64,000 nt of DNA from Nitrososphaerales archaeon (GTDB lineage: Archaea; Thermoproteota; Nitrososphaeria; Nitrososphaerales; UBA213): NCBI GenBank assembly GCA_965197925.1, contig CBDAOC010000001.1, forward strand, positions 24,724 to 88,723. Reading direction: 5' to 3'. The position numbers and the translations under genes were made by a program. Positions 45,415 to 56,953 of the stretch are shown in pieces. A model generated the notes under the pieces. That model had not been told where the DNA came from. It saw only the letters and a list, made by a program, of their open reading frames with translations, and did no database searches. How positions within the stretch are numbered: position 1 is the first letter of the stretch; each line of letters begins with the position of its first letter.

Positions 45415-46530
45415 ATGAATACAAGAAAACAAAGGGCCAAATCGATGATGGAAACTAAAGGTCATTGCTCACAGTTTGAATCTGATAAATTTACCGTAAG
45501 ATCACAGACTAATCCAAGTAAATTCTACATTGTATCAAAAACATATAACGGTTTGAAATGTGAGTGTAAAGACCATGAGATTAGAAAGGCAGATTGTAAG
45601 CACATCAAGATAGTTTTAGAAATTATCAAGAATAACAAATGTCGTAGAGATAACACATTTAGAATCATGGAACGCTCAAAGTTAGAATTATGCAAATATT
45701 GTGATTCAGGTAGAATCACCAAAAAGGAAACTAGAAAGAACAAGAACGGCACAGTTCAGATATTCAAGTGTCTTGACTGCAAAAAGAGATTTACTGCTAA
45801 CTTTGGATTTGAGAAAAAACAGTTTGATGATAATATTATCACTGGCTCACTTCAAATGTATTATTCGGGAATGTCAGTCAGAGACATTTCAAACCACTAT
45901 CAAATGATGGGGATTGATGTATCGCATATGACTATCTATAGATGGATTTGTAATTATTCCAAAATAACATCTGTCTATCTAAATGGTATAGTTCCAAGAG
46001 TAGGGGATTGGTTCCGAGCTGATGAAGTATGGATTAAGGTAAATGGCAAACAAAACTATCTGTTTGCAAGTATGGATGATGATACAAGATATTGGCTAGC
46101 TAGTGACATGACAGATACAAAGTTTCAGCACAATGCAGATAATCTTTTAGAATTAACCAAGAAACAAGCTGGTAAGAATCCACGAAATTTCGTTACTGAC
46201 GGACTACCAGCATACATGAAATCCTCAAAGAAAGTGTTTGGTAAGGACACTAACCACGTTAGACATATTCACCTAAAAGGCGACATGAACAACAACAAAA
46301 TGGAACGTCTAAATGTTGAGATAAGAGACAGGGAGAAAGTATTTCGTGGATTAAAGAGAATGGATACTGCTATTTTGGATGGAATGAGAGTTTACTATAA
46401 TTTCACAAAAAAGCACGGTGCATTAAAGGGTAAGACCCCAGCTCAAGCCTCAATAATAGAGATTGATGGTAAGAACAAGTGGAAAACGATTATTCAAAAT
46501 GCTTCACTACATAAGGGAAATTCAGTTTAA
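45415..46530 (+). CDS. IS6-family DDE transposase with N-terminal SWIM-like and Zn-ribbon domains
   Basis: Motifs CECKD..CKH, CKYC..CLDC, SHMTIYRW, ADEVWIK, VTDGLPAY and NNKMER. Confidence 0.92.
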   Translation: MNTRKQRAKSMMETKGHCSQFESDKFTVRSQTNPSKFYIVSKTYNGLKCECKDHEIRKADCKHIKIVLEIIKNNKCRRDNTFRIMERSKLELCKYCDSGRITKKETRKNKNGTVQIFKCLDCKKRFTANFGFEKKQFDDNIITGSLQMYYSGMSVRDISNHYQMMGIDVSHMTIYRWICNYSKITSVYLNGIVPRVGDWFRADEVWIKVNGKQNYLFASMDDDTRYWLASDMTDTKFQHNADNLLELTKKQAGKNPRNFVTDGLPAYMKSSKKVFGKDTNHVRHIHLKGDMNNNKMERLNVEIRDREKVFRGLKRMDTAILDGMRVYYNFTKKHGALKGKTPAQASIIEIDGKNKWKTIIQNASLHKGNSV

Positions 46531-46556
46531 TCAGGTCTCGAAGATGTTACAGAACC

Positions 46557-47228
46557 ACCCAATATATCATTACAATACAACAGATTTTCTTCAATATGTG
46601 TCAAAAATGAAATTAAAAAAAACATCTGGAGAAACATTCATGTATTCAAATATAGGTTTTGGCTTAATTGCAAAAATATTTGAGCGTGTAACAAATTCTA
46701 CATTTGAAGAACTAATAAAAAATCGTATTTGCGATGTGTTGGATATGAATGATACAGGGATTAATCTTTTTGACACACATAAAGATAGACTGGCGACGGG
46801 TTATTCTTATATTGGAAAAAAAGCTGAAGATTGGGTTGCACCTGCCATTGAAAGTGCAGGTAGTATTCGCTCTACAGTATCTGATTTACTAAGATTCATA
46901 AAAGCAAATTTAGCTTTGAATGATTCAGTATTGTCTCCCTTCTTAATACTGTCAAATGACAAGGGTTGAACCTAATCTTACCTTATTCACGAAATATTTT
47001 CCAAAATATTTTTTGGGATTACCGGTATCCAAATTCCGTTTGGGATGGCATGTATATAATCTTGGCAATACTGAGATTCTAGGACATGATGGCGGTACCG
47101 AAGGATTTTCTAGTTGTATGATTATGAATCCAGAAAAAAAATCTGGTGTAGTTGTTTTAACCAATAGAGCATTGAAACTTGTTCACAAATTAGGTATAGA
47201 TTTGTTAAATGAAATGGATGATGATTAA
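46557..47228 (+). pseudogene. Beta-lactamase-family serine hydrolase, 5'-truncated and frameshifted
   Basis: YSNIGFGL and GHDGGTEGF present; SxxK region missing. Confidence 0.85.
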
Positions 47229-47592
47229 TTCTAAAAACTAGACCTAGTTCGACATGTTGTATAAATATTCTTGTTTCAATCGCAAGAAGGGAGACTCTAA
47301 GATACCAAACTAATTATTTGAATGGGGTTGAACATATGAAAGATAGCGGTTCCAATTATGTTAGAATATTCTCGATGTCCAACGAACATGGATGACTTTA
47401 TCCAAACTCATTGCTGAGACGAGCTCAGGAAATACTTTGTTAACATTCACACTGTTGGAAACCCTACAGGTGAAATTCGTGGGCAAATCTGAGATCTCTT
47501 CTACACGTCTTAAATTTGATGAATTTCAGGCTCAATAAACATTAGGCGGATACAACCCCAATAGACCCCTGGGTTCCAACTAATTCTATAGA

Positions 47593-48470
47593 CAACTCAT
47601 CTCAAAACTAACCATTTAGACAATTTTTAGCGACCATTTAGATCCATGAATAGCGACATCTAAAATTATTTTATGAAATTCCAAGAATTATCAGACAAAC
47701 AGTGGAGTATGATAGAATCACACATACCACCACATGCAAAAACTGGCAGGCCTAGGGATGATGATAGAAAAATCATTAACGGAATAATCCATGTTCTAAC
47801 TACTGGATGCCGATGGGACGATATGCCAAAAAGATATGGTGATGATTCTACTGCAAACAGAAGGTTAAACAAATGGCAACAAAAAGGAATCTGGAAAAAG
47901 ATTCTATCACGTACTATTCACTCAGCACATAAATCTGGCAAAATTAATCTGCAAAAAATATCAGTTGACTCTTCATCCATTCCTGATAAAAAAGGGGCAA
48001 TGTAACTGGATATAATGGATTCAAGAGAATAACAGGTACAAAAATACATGCCACAGTAGAGAGTAACGGATTTCCAATATCCATACTGTTGAGTCCAGCA
48101 AATGAACATGACAGTACAAAATGCATGGATGTTACAGGATCAATTTCAGACTATCTTGATGATGATTCAATACAACAGATAGAACCAGTTTATGCAGACA
48201 AAGGGCATGATGCAAAATACATCAGAATGTATTTGTGGGATAGAAATATTGCATGTTGCATCCCATACAAAATAAATTCCAAGTTCATCTTGCAAAATAA
48301 TGATTGCAAACATTACAACAAGACAAGATTTGTAGTTGAGAGATTCCTTGCATGGCTCAAGAATGGATTTCACAGAACAAGAACCAGGTATGAAAGAACG
48401 GCAGAAAACTATCTGGCATTTGTTAATCCTGCATCATTTTTGATGTATTGTAGGGTTTTGAGATGAGTTG
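47593..48470 (+). mobile_element. IS type B copy 2 (IS5 family)
   Basis: Perfect 16-bp IRs; ORFs joined by a -1 shift at AAAAAAGGGG. Confidence 0.93.
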
Positions 48471-49125
48471 GTTATGCTTTCATACATCTTGTTATCAGTA
48501 ATGTTAGCTGTTGTGAAATCAGCTGATAATGGAACTATCAACGAACCTGTGCTACATGCTAGATGCATCTTGTATCCGAATATCCATCCCTTGGTTCTGC
48601 TGAATCCCCATCGAGCATCTGTATCTATACCGGAGCGTGGCACTTCGTTCTTCTTCATGCTAGATTTGTGCCATACATGTCCCTTTGCTTTCAACAATGA
48701 ACTGTCAACGGATACTATGGCTGGGTCTACCAACCCATCTTTTATGAAGAGCACACCCATAGCACCTATCCTTGATCTTATGTCAATTGATACGGCCTTG
48801 ACCTTCTGTCGAATGTTCTTTTATCTGGCAACCTATCAAGACCACATGCCTTCATTACCTTCCTGTTGTATGGCATGTCTATCGAATAGTATTCATGCAA
48901 AGCATTGTTGCTTGGTATTCTTATCCATACTCTAACGATGAAGCATCTCACCATAACTGTAGGAGAATAGTAGAATGGTCTACCTCTTTTCCTATTAGGT
49001 TTTGACCAAGGAATCACGTCAATCAAAAATAATATACGAAGAAGTATGGAGTCTGAGCTAAACATATCAACAATAAAAACTAGAACCTGATCTTATCGTT
49101 TCGAACTAAATTACGCCCAAGCCTC
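48471..49125 (-). mobile_element. IS type A copy 4, truncated by IS type B
   Basis: One IR only; the transposase reads into the type B IR. Confidence 0.92.
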
Positions 49126-49303
49126 AGATATCTATCAGACAACAGCTTCGATTGGAAAGACAATACTTCTAATTTCTTGACTGTTGATATTGTGGTCCAC
49201 TCTTTTTCAAACAGATGTTGACGGAAGTATGTAATATATTTACATCAAATCTGCTGGCTTCCAATTAAGCAGATATTAAAAGGTAGTACTGTTTACCAGA
49301 GAT

Positions 49304-50233
49304 GTGGATACTGTAGAGGCATTTGAGAGGGATATAATGTATCAGGTTACCGATCTTAAGAAATTTTCACAGTCATTAAATGTTAAGAAAATAAATGTTG
49401 AGCAGCAACAGAGATGTATATTCACCGGTGCTGGAGATTCATTTGTTGCAGCATTGATAGCAGAACTGGCTTCTGATCACAGGATCCAATGCGTTGATCC
49501 TATGGATATATGCATAAATCCAACAATTGTTAAAGAAAGGTTTCTTTATACAGTATCGGTATCGGGAAATACAAGGGCAAACATAGATGCTACAACGATA
49601 GCTAATAAGGTTGCTGAGAAGACAATTGCTATTACTGCGGATGCTAATAGTAGGCTTGCCAAAATCTGTGATGAGGTTATAGAATTGAATTTTAGAAGTT
49701 CTAACATCTTAACATCAGGAAGTATAGGTTTCGCTGCGTCTATGTTTGCATGCCTCTCACTCGTGAAGGATTTGCGTCTTGGTGATATTAAACGACTTTT
49801 TGTTCAAGCAAAGAAAGATGCGGAGAGAATAGAAGTAAGTGGACATATGTACATAGTCGGTAGCTGGATCACTTTCCCATTAGCCATTTATGGTTCGGCT
49901 AAATTGTATGAAGTACTTGGAATAAAGGCTCAATATGCAATGCTGGAACAGTTTTGTCATATGGAACTCTTTTCTATGCGAAGAGGTGATACTGTTCTTG
50001 TACTAACCTCAAACGATGATAATATAAGCAAATTAATGGAAAAACTTCTGGATAAAGATTATAATGTTTTTATTTGCAAACCTAAAGGTAACAACTTGGA
50101 AGAAAAACTGTTATATCATACAATGGTACTGCAGCAATTGGCGCTTCAGAATGTAAAGAGACAAAAATTTAACGAATGCTATTTCATGAGGAATAAAAAG
50201 TTAAAATCAATAAGCAGTAAACTAATTTACTGA
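49304..50233 (+). CDS. SIS-domain sugar isomerase (GlmS C-terminal-like)
   Basis: Motifs FTGAGDS, VSVSGNT, AKLYE and EQFCH. Confidence 0.85.
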   Translation: MDTVEAFERDIMYQVTDLKKFSQSLNVKKINVEQQQRCIFTGAGDSFVAALIAELASDHRIQCVDPMDICINPTIVKERFLYTVSVSGNTRANIDATTIANKVAEKTIAITADANSRLAKICDEVIELNFRSSNILTSGSIGFAASMFACLSLVKDLRLGDIKRLFVQAKKDAERIEVSGHMYIVGSWITFPLAIYGSAKLYEVLGIKAQYAMLEQFCHMELFSMRRGDTVLVLTSNDDNISKLMEKLLDKDYNVFICKPKGNNLEEKLLYHTMVLQQLALQNVKRQKFNECYFMRNKKLKSISSKLIY

Positions 50234-50878
50234 ACGAACTTCCTTGCTTTTCACCATTCATTCTATTTCATCAATGATTAAACCAAGTTTATTTATAACT
50301 ATAGTAGGGTGATTTGAATAATTCTGAATGGTTAGATTCAATGAAGCATCACAATTATACCTGTTGATATTATCCTTGCGGCAAGATTGGAAACTATAAC
50401 AATTTCATTTTCTATGTATCTTATCAATTGTATACGGCAGCTTTCAATTCATTTTATCTTCACTATCTAAAACTGGCTTATAACAAGGAATCATCAGCCT
50501 TCGAGCTTATCAAACGGGCGGTTATTTTCTCTACTTATAAATCCATTCTCACTTCTGTTCTTTTGCCCTGTATGGATAAGCATTGTGGAAATTTTATCTT
50601 AACTCAGATCATCTCTAATACTATTCTCGTTCTGTATTATTGATCATAATTCATTTTTCAACTTTGTTGAGTATCCAAGGATTCTCCAGTTTATTGATTG
50701 TGTATCCAAATTGATACCCATTTATTCACTGAGGCTCTTAATGATTAACAATTTGACACAGCTAGCAGGTGGAGTTGTAAAAAGGTGTTCCATTTGCCAA
50801 TTTGCAAGTAGAGTCCTAAATTTTGTATCCTTATTGAGCTAACAATGATTAATGATTTAATGATTTCTAGCAGAAGGA

Positions 50879-50885
50879 TTAAATA
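50879..50885 (+). promoter_or_regulatory. Putative TATA box of aEF-2
   Basis: TTAAATA about 30 nt upstream of ATG 50916, preceded by a purine-rich stretch. Confidence 0.45.
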
Positions 50886-50915
50886 AAGATACTCGACAGA
50901 GTTGTGCCAGATAGG

Positions 50916-53136
50916 ATGCCGCGTTACAAGTCAACTCAAGAAGCATTAAAGGTCATAGGCAATAAAGACCAAATTCGAATGGAGTGGGGTTGACTCCTTA
51001 CACCCGAATAATATTGGTACTATAGCCCATGTAGATCACGGAAAAACTACCATGAGCGATAGCTTATTGGCTGCCACTGGCATGATAAGTCCCTCCGTGG
51101 CTGGGCAGGCATTGGCATTAGATTTCATGGAATTAGAACAAACAAGACAGATGACTATCAATGCAGCTAACGTTACTTTGTATTACGAGGAGGATGGTAA
51201 GGCCTATGTTATGAATATGATCGATACACCAGGGCATATTGACTTTACCGGAAGGGTAACCAGAAGTTTAAGGGCCATCGATGGTGCCATAGTTGTCTGT
51301 GACTCTGTGGAAGGAGTTATGACCCAGACAGAAACCGTTACCAGACAGGCGCTTGAAGAGAGAGTAAAACCCGTTCTGTACATCAACAAGATAGATCGGT
51401 TGGTCAAGGAATTGAGGTTAACGCCTCCTAAGATGCAGGAATGGTTGGCGGGAATAATTGGTGATTTTAACAGACTGATCGACATTTATGCCGAACCTGA
51501 GCTGAAGGAGAAATGGAAGGTTAGTATACAGAATGATAGTGTAGCATTTGGTTCCGCTAAAGATAGGTGGGGTTTCAATGCTGGTATGGCAGCAAAAAGA
51601 GGAATTAACTTTAACACTATTTTTGACGCTTATACCTCGGGAGAACCCAAAGAATTAGGCAAAAAGGCTCCCTTACATGAAGCAGTGTTGAGTATGGTTG
51701 TTAAACATCTCCCCCCTCCACACGTTGCTCAGAAATACAGAATACCCAAAATATGGAAAGGTGATCTTACCTCTGATATTGGCAAGGCTCTTCTAGAGTG
51801 TGATGATAATGGTCCCGCTATAATGATGATCACTACCATGGTGGTTGATCCTCAGGCAGGGCCGGTAGCAGTGGGTAGATTGTTTTCAGGTACATTAAAG
51901 GATGGTAATGAAATTCATCTCATAGATTCAAAGAGAAAGGAAAGAATTCAATCCGTTAACTTGTTTATGGGTGCTACCAGAGAGATTGTTGGTTCACTTG
52001 GTGCTGGTAACATACCTGCATTGCTTGGATTAGAACATGCGAGAGCTGGAGAAACCATAGGTTCTACACAAAACATTTATCCATTTGAATCGATCAAGTA
52101 CGTTTCTGAAGCTGTCATCACAGTTGCTGTGGAACCAAAACATCCAAAGGATTTACCCAAACTAGTTGAAACATTGAGAAAGATGAGTATAGAGGATCCC
52201 AACTTAGTGGTGAAGATCAATGAAGAAACTGGCGAGACTCTAATGGCTGGTATGGGAGTATTACACTTGGAAATAGCTACCTCGTTACTAGAGCAAGCTG
52301 GCCTGGAGATTACTACTTCCCCACCGTTGATCAATTATAGAGAAACAGTAAGAGCAGCTGCAGGGCCAATAATGTCAAAGTCACCGAACAGGCATAACAA
52401 GTTGTTTGTTAAAGTGGAACCCTTGAGTGAAGACGTGATAGAGTTGATAAGAACTGGAAAGATAAACGAAAACATGGACAAGAAAGATATAGGCGCGGTT
52501 TTGCGGGAGAAGGGCTGGGAAACAGACGAAGCCAGAAGGGTAGTAGCTATAGAGAGCGGGAGTCTACTCGTTGATGCAACCAAGGGTGTTCAATACTTGC
52601 AGGAATCTATGGACTCGATAAAATCCGGTTTCACCGACATCATGCTCACTGGTCCGATGGCCCAAGAACATTGTAGAGGAATAAAGATTATTTTACATCA
52701 CTTCGTCCCACATGAAGATCCGGCGCATAGAACTCTTGCACAGCTTATGCCCGCAAGTAGAAGGGCTGTCATGGGCTCGATACTTGTAGCAGATCCGGTT
52801 TTGCTGGAGCCAGTACTTGGTATTGAAATAAAATGTCCTGCGGATATGATTGGAACAGTTGCTGGTATATTATCCGGGAAGCGTGGTAAGTTGATTAACG
52901 TTGATCAGAGAGGTATAATAGCAATTGTAACGGGTGAAGTACCAGCATCCGAAACTTTTGATTTGTCAGAGACTATGCGAGGAGGTACTGCTGGCAAAGC
53001 GATTTGGAATACTCACTTTAAGCTATGGCAAGCTGTGCCATCCTCGCTTCTTAAATCAATAATAACAGACATTAGGAAGAGGAAGGGTTTGAGCCCAGAG
53101 CCTCCAAGCCCTGATGAATTTATTGATAAAGAATAA
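50916..53136 (+). CDS. fusA: Translation elongation factor aEF-2, join(50916..50979,51011..53136)
   Basis: MPRYKSTQEALKVIGNKDQIR joined to NIGTIAHVDHGKTT; also DTPGH, NKID and diphthamide loop HEDPAHR. Confidence 0.96.
50980..51010 (+). other. Putative 31-nt bulge-helix-bulge intron in aEF-2 mRNA
   Basis: 4-bp helix UUCG/CGAA with 3-nt bulges AAU and UAA; removal restores the frame. Confidence 0.88.
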
Positions 53137-53188
53137 AAAGTGATTCCCCCCCTCCTAGGCACGGATTTGTGTCGCTGACTAGGTAATT

Positions 53189-54279
53189 GAGACTTGGGCA
53201 TAATTCAATTATAATATTATTTTGAAATTATTACTATTAGCTTCCCAACATATACTTCAATGCCCTAAGAGGCCTTCCTGTCAAGTAGTTGTAGTACACC
53301 ATTACCTGATACAACAATACTGATAACAACACTATACTCCTTACCTTATCAAATCCTCTAACTGGCAATGGATCTATGGTAAATACATCCTTCATATGCT
53401 CTACCAATGGCTCAACGCTTATGCTCCTCCGAGAATATACATGCTGTCCAAATTCAGATTGATAGAACTGCAGCAATGCCAGTCTATTATTATCTGTAGT
53501 ATGCTTGTACCTTTCCAATGGGAATACTGGATGCCCTCTATACCTGCTGAAATCACATAACTTGTGATCATCATATCCTTCATCTCCTACAACATACTTT
53601 ACCATTCCTGTAGGCAATGAAGATGTTATGCTTTCATACATCTTGTTATCAGTAATGTTAGCTGTTGTGAAATCAGCTGATAATGGAACTATCAACGAAC
53701 TTGTGCTACATGCTAGATGTAGTTTGTATCCGAATATCCATCCCTTGGTTCTGCTGAATCCCCATCGAGCATCTGTATCTATACCGGAGCGTGGCACTTC
53801 GTTCTTCTTCATGCTAGATTTGTGCCATACATGTCCCTTTGCTTTCAACAATGAACTGTCAACGGATACTATGGCTGGGTCTACCAACCCATCTTTTATG
53901 AAGAGCATACCCATAACATCTATCCTTGATCTTATGTCAATTGATACGGCCTTGACCTTCTGTCGAATGTTCTTCTGTCTGGCAACCTATTAAGACCACA
54001 TGCCTTCATTACCTTCCTGTTGTATGGCATGTCTATCGAATAGTATTCATGCAAAGCATTGTTGCTTGGTATTCTTATCCATACTCTAACGATGAAGCAT
54101 CTCACCATAACTGTAGGAGAATAGTAGAATGGTCTACCTCTTTTCCTATTAGGTTTTGACCAAGGAATCACGTCAATCAAAAATAATATACGAAGAAGTA
54201 TGGAGTCTGAGCTAAACATATCAACAATAAAAACTAGAACCTGATCTTATCGTTTCGAACTAAATTACGCCCAAGCCTC
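53189..54279 (-). mobile_element. IS type A copy 5 (1091 bp)
   Basis: Same IRs; ORFs 53932-54219 and 53237-53914. Confidence 0.93.
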
Positions 54280-54397
54280 AATTAAATAATTGATCCTCGC
54301 ACTGCATCTCTAAGCTCTAAATTACGTAAATGTGCAGTCCTTCGTCTAAATTTTGTAGTATGATATTATTATGTCAAAATAATATTTCGCTGTGGAA

Positions 54398-54583
54398 TCA
54401 AGTATGAGTCTTAGCGAATTTGATGAGTTCTTCCTTAGCCTGCTCAAAGGAAGATCCTTTATTATTGACTTCGTTCAATAGTTTCTTAATCAAGTCGACT
54501 TCGCTAGTCGGTGTTCTACTACACTGGGCCGTAATTTCCTCTTTACATAGGAATCTAAGTTTATCTAACTCCTGTGGTGTCAT
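54398..54583 (-). CDS. Small hypothetical protein
   Basis: 61-aa ORF with upstream GGAGG. Confidence 0.5.
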   Translation of the reverse strand: MTPQELDKLRFLCKEEITAQCSRTPTSEVDLIKKLLNEVNNKGSSFEQAKEELIKFAKTHT

Positions 54584-54955
54584 AATACTTCTACCTCCAA
54601 GCTTACCATATTTACATTTAGGGTCAATATTGATAAGGTATCAGAGATGATGTGTTAGTACTTTTGACTGCCATGACATCTAAAGCATTCCAAGTATGCT
54701 CTCCTTTGTTATGAATATGCAAAGTGATAACTTAAGACTCGACTAGCTATAGAAAGGGGTACATGAAGAAAGATCTCGTGTTGTGAGGTTCTTGAGTTAG
54801 CTCAAGGCAGGGTTTTAGAAGATTAGAGAAAAGGTACAAGAGATTAGCTAGAAGATTCAGAGGATCCCAAGTTTTGGCATCCATATTAAATTGAATAGTT
54901 TTGATTGAAATTCCCAGAACAAAAGATATATCTAACTTGTTGAGGGTGATTACTT

Positions 54956-55996
54956 ATGCCTATCGAATTTAGGAAATATGAAGTCAAGGAGGTCTTTCTT
55001 AATCCAGCTGACAATTATAAGCCCGAGCATCAAAGAATCGAATTGAGGCGAAATCCACTCACAAAAAGATGGTGTAGAATAAATGTTAGCCGTACACAAA
55101 GGCCAAGGTCGGTACATACAATAATATCAAGCGATTTGGTTGATACTACCCCTTCAAGCTGTCCATTTTGTCCTGACAACATAGAAAAGGTGACGCCAAA
55201 ATTTTTTGACTTGGCAGAGAGAGATAGGATAAGAGTGGGAAACTCTTGGTTGTTTCCAAACAAATTTCCTTATGGTGAAAATCATGCCGTTGCCGTTTTA
55301 TCTGACGAACATTTCCTCAACCTGGATAAGATTAATGTTGATGACTTTGCTAACACCTTGCTAGCTTGTAAGGAGTACCTTGCCTTGGTTAAAGAGAAAT
55401 CGAATAATATAAACTACTGTGCAATCGGATGGAATCACTCGGCATCAGCAGGGGCGGTATTGCTTCATCCCCATTTACAAATATTAGCAGAGGAAAGGCC
55501 GACATTGTATTTGAACTCGTTGATAGGCCATAGTGAGGATTACTACGCTAATGAAAAGAGCAGCTATTGGAAAGATATAGTTGATACCGAAAAGAATCTT
55601 GGTGAGAGGCATGTTTCATCCTCTGATGAAATTGATTGGATTGCAAGCTTTGCTCCACAGGGACACAACGGAATTATCGGGATCATTAAGAATGCATCAA
55701 ATATGCTTGATGTGACTGAAATACAGATAAGAGAATTTGCTTCAGGCGTATCATCTGTTATCAAGGCTTATAATATGATGGGAGTCAATAGCTTTAATTT
55801 GTCGATCTTTTCTGGTCCATTAGCAGGGCAAAGAAATGACTTTTCTCTTCATGTAAGGATAATCTCCAGACCAATATTTGGTGAGTATTATACTAGTGAT
55901 AGCTCCTTTATGGAGAGATTTCATCACGAGCCTGTGATTGAAACAGTACCCGAAGAAACTGCTAGACTATGCAAACTTTCAATGAAATCCTCCTAA
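54956..55996 (+). CDS. galT: Galactose-1-phosphate uridylyltransferase family protein
   Basis: Motifs ELRRNPLT, CPFCP, FPNKFP and HPHLQ. Confidence 0.85.
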   Translation: MPIEFRKYEVKEVFLNPADNYKPEHQRIELRRNPLTKRWCRINVSRTQRPRSVHTIISSDLVDTTPSSCPFCPDNIEKVTPKFFDLAERDRIRVGNSWLFPNKFPYGENHAVAVLSDEHFLNLDKINVDDFANTLLACKEYLALVKEKSNNINYCAIGWNHSASAGAVLLHPHLQILAEERPTLYLNSLIGHSEDYYANEKSSYWKDIVDTEKNLGERHVSSSDEIDWIASFAPQGHNGIIGIIKNASNMLDVTEIQIREFASGVSSVIKAYNMMGVNSFNLSIFSGPLAGQRNDFSLHVRIISRPIFGEYYTSDSSFMERFHHEPVIETVPEETARLCKLSMKSS

Positions 55997-56953
55997 CTTT
56001 CTCTAATGATGAAGAAGAGAAATCATATTTGTTTGATAACACTATCCAAAAGTTCTTGTCTTTATACTCTGCCAATACCCAAAAAATACAATTTTTTATC
56101 AATTCTATAAACTTTATGCGTAAGATATGTGCATAAGATTGGTGTAATTCATTTTAGTAACAACTATGGGGAATTGGGAAATTAGTAAGAATAATTATTC
56201 TGGTCAATAATTTGTAAGAATTAACTTACATCAGTTGTTTCTTCTCCATTTAAGAAACGGATTATAGACCAGGTAAGGGCTATCCTTCTCACAAATTTCA
56301 TCTGAAAAGGATCACAACTATGTCTGTAAGAGTAACAAGATTTGATGTGTTTTGATATGGGACTTTTCCACACGTTCAATTATTGGAAGATTTTGTTTAT
56401 GTTAAAGAATTCGACATGGAGTTGTGTGTTTCCCTTCATTATCATAATAGGAGTAAGATTAGAATTAATGAACTGATGAACTGAAAACACTTTAACTGAA
56501 TTGTATTTGAGCTAATAGATAAACATGACAGATTTTCTGTGAGTTTATACACGTTCCCAAAGACAATAATCTAGTCAATAATGAATTTAGTAAATTTTTC
56601 ATTCATAAAGCTCATGGATTTTCCCTCCATGGATATCCTTTCATTGGTCAAGATTTGGTTTTGGATTAGGAGGATTTTGGCAAATACATACTTCATAAAG
56701 ATGAAATTAAAAAAAAGAAAGAGATAAGCCGATAAGAAATCAGAATTAAGGCAATTGGAAAAGTTCTGAGGAGGTGCCCGAGACAATTTATAGAAGGTGA
56801 GAAAGCTCTAAAGGCCACTAATCCATTTCAGGCACAAATTCCACCTTTTTCTACGAAAAACGATAATGTATTAACAGAACAGATTGATGGAGTTTCTTGT
56901 TTGGTTTAGGATTGAAAAAGACCTTTCAATACTACATTAATTACTAGTTAGTT

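Larger units (their letters stand above)
42725..46556 (+). mobile_element. IS6-family transporter element (3832 bp) with passenger genes
   Basis: Perfect 24-bp TIRs GGTTCTGTAACATCTTCGAGACCT at 42725-42748 and 46533-46556; IS6-type DDE transposase inside. Confidence 0.9.
42103..49125 (+). repeat. Arm 1 of a large inverted duplication (partner 56954-64000+)
   Basis: Identical ORF translations in mirror image; coordinate sums are 106079 and 106103. The outer limit is set by the window end. Confidence 0.97.

Noticed and set aside
50976..51009. CGAAT direct repeat suggesting the aEF-2 insert is a transposon footprint or slippage duplication
   Set aside because: The repeats are 29 nt apart, and removing 29 nt does not restore the frame. 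The BHB-defined 31 nt does.
51052..53136. aEF-2 starting at ATG 51052
   Set aside because: This protein would lack the AHVDHGKT P-loop.
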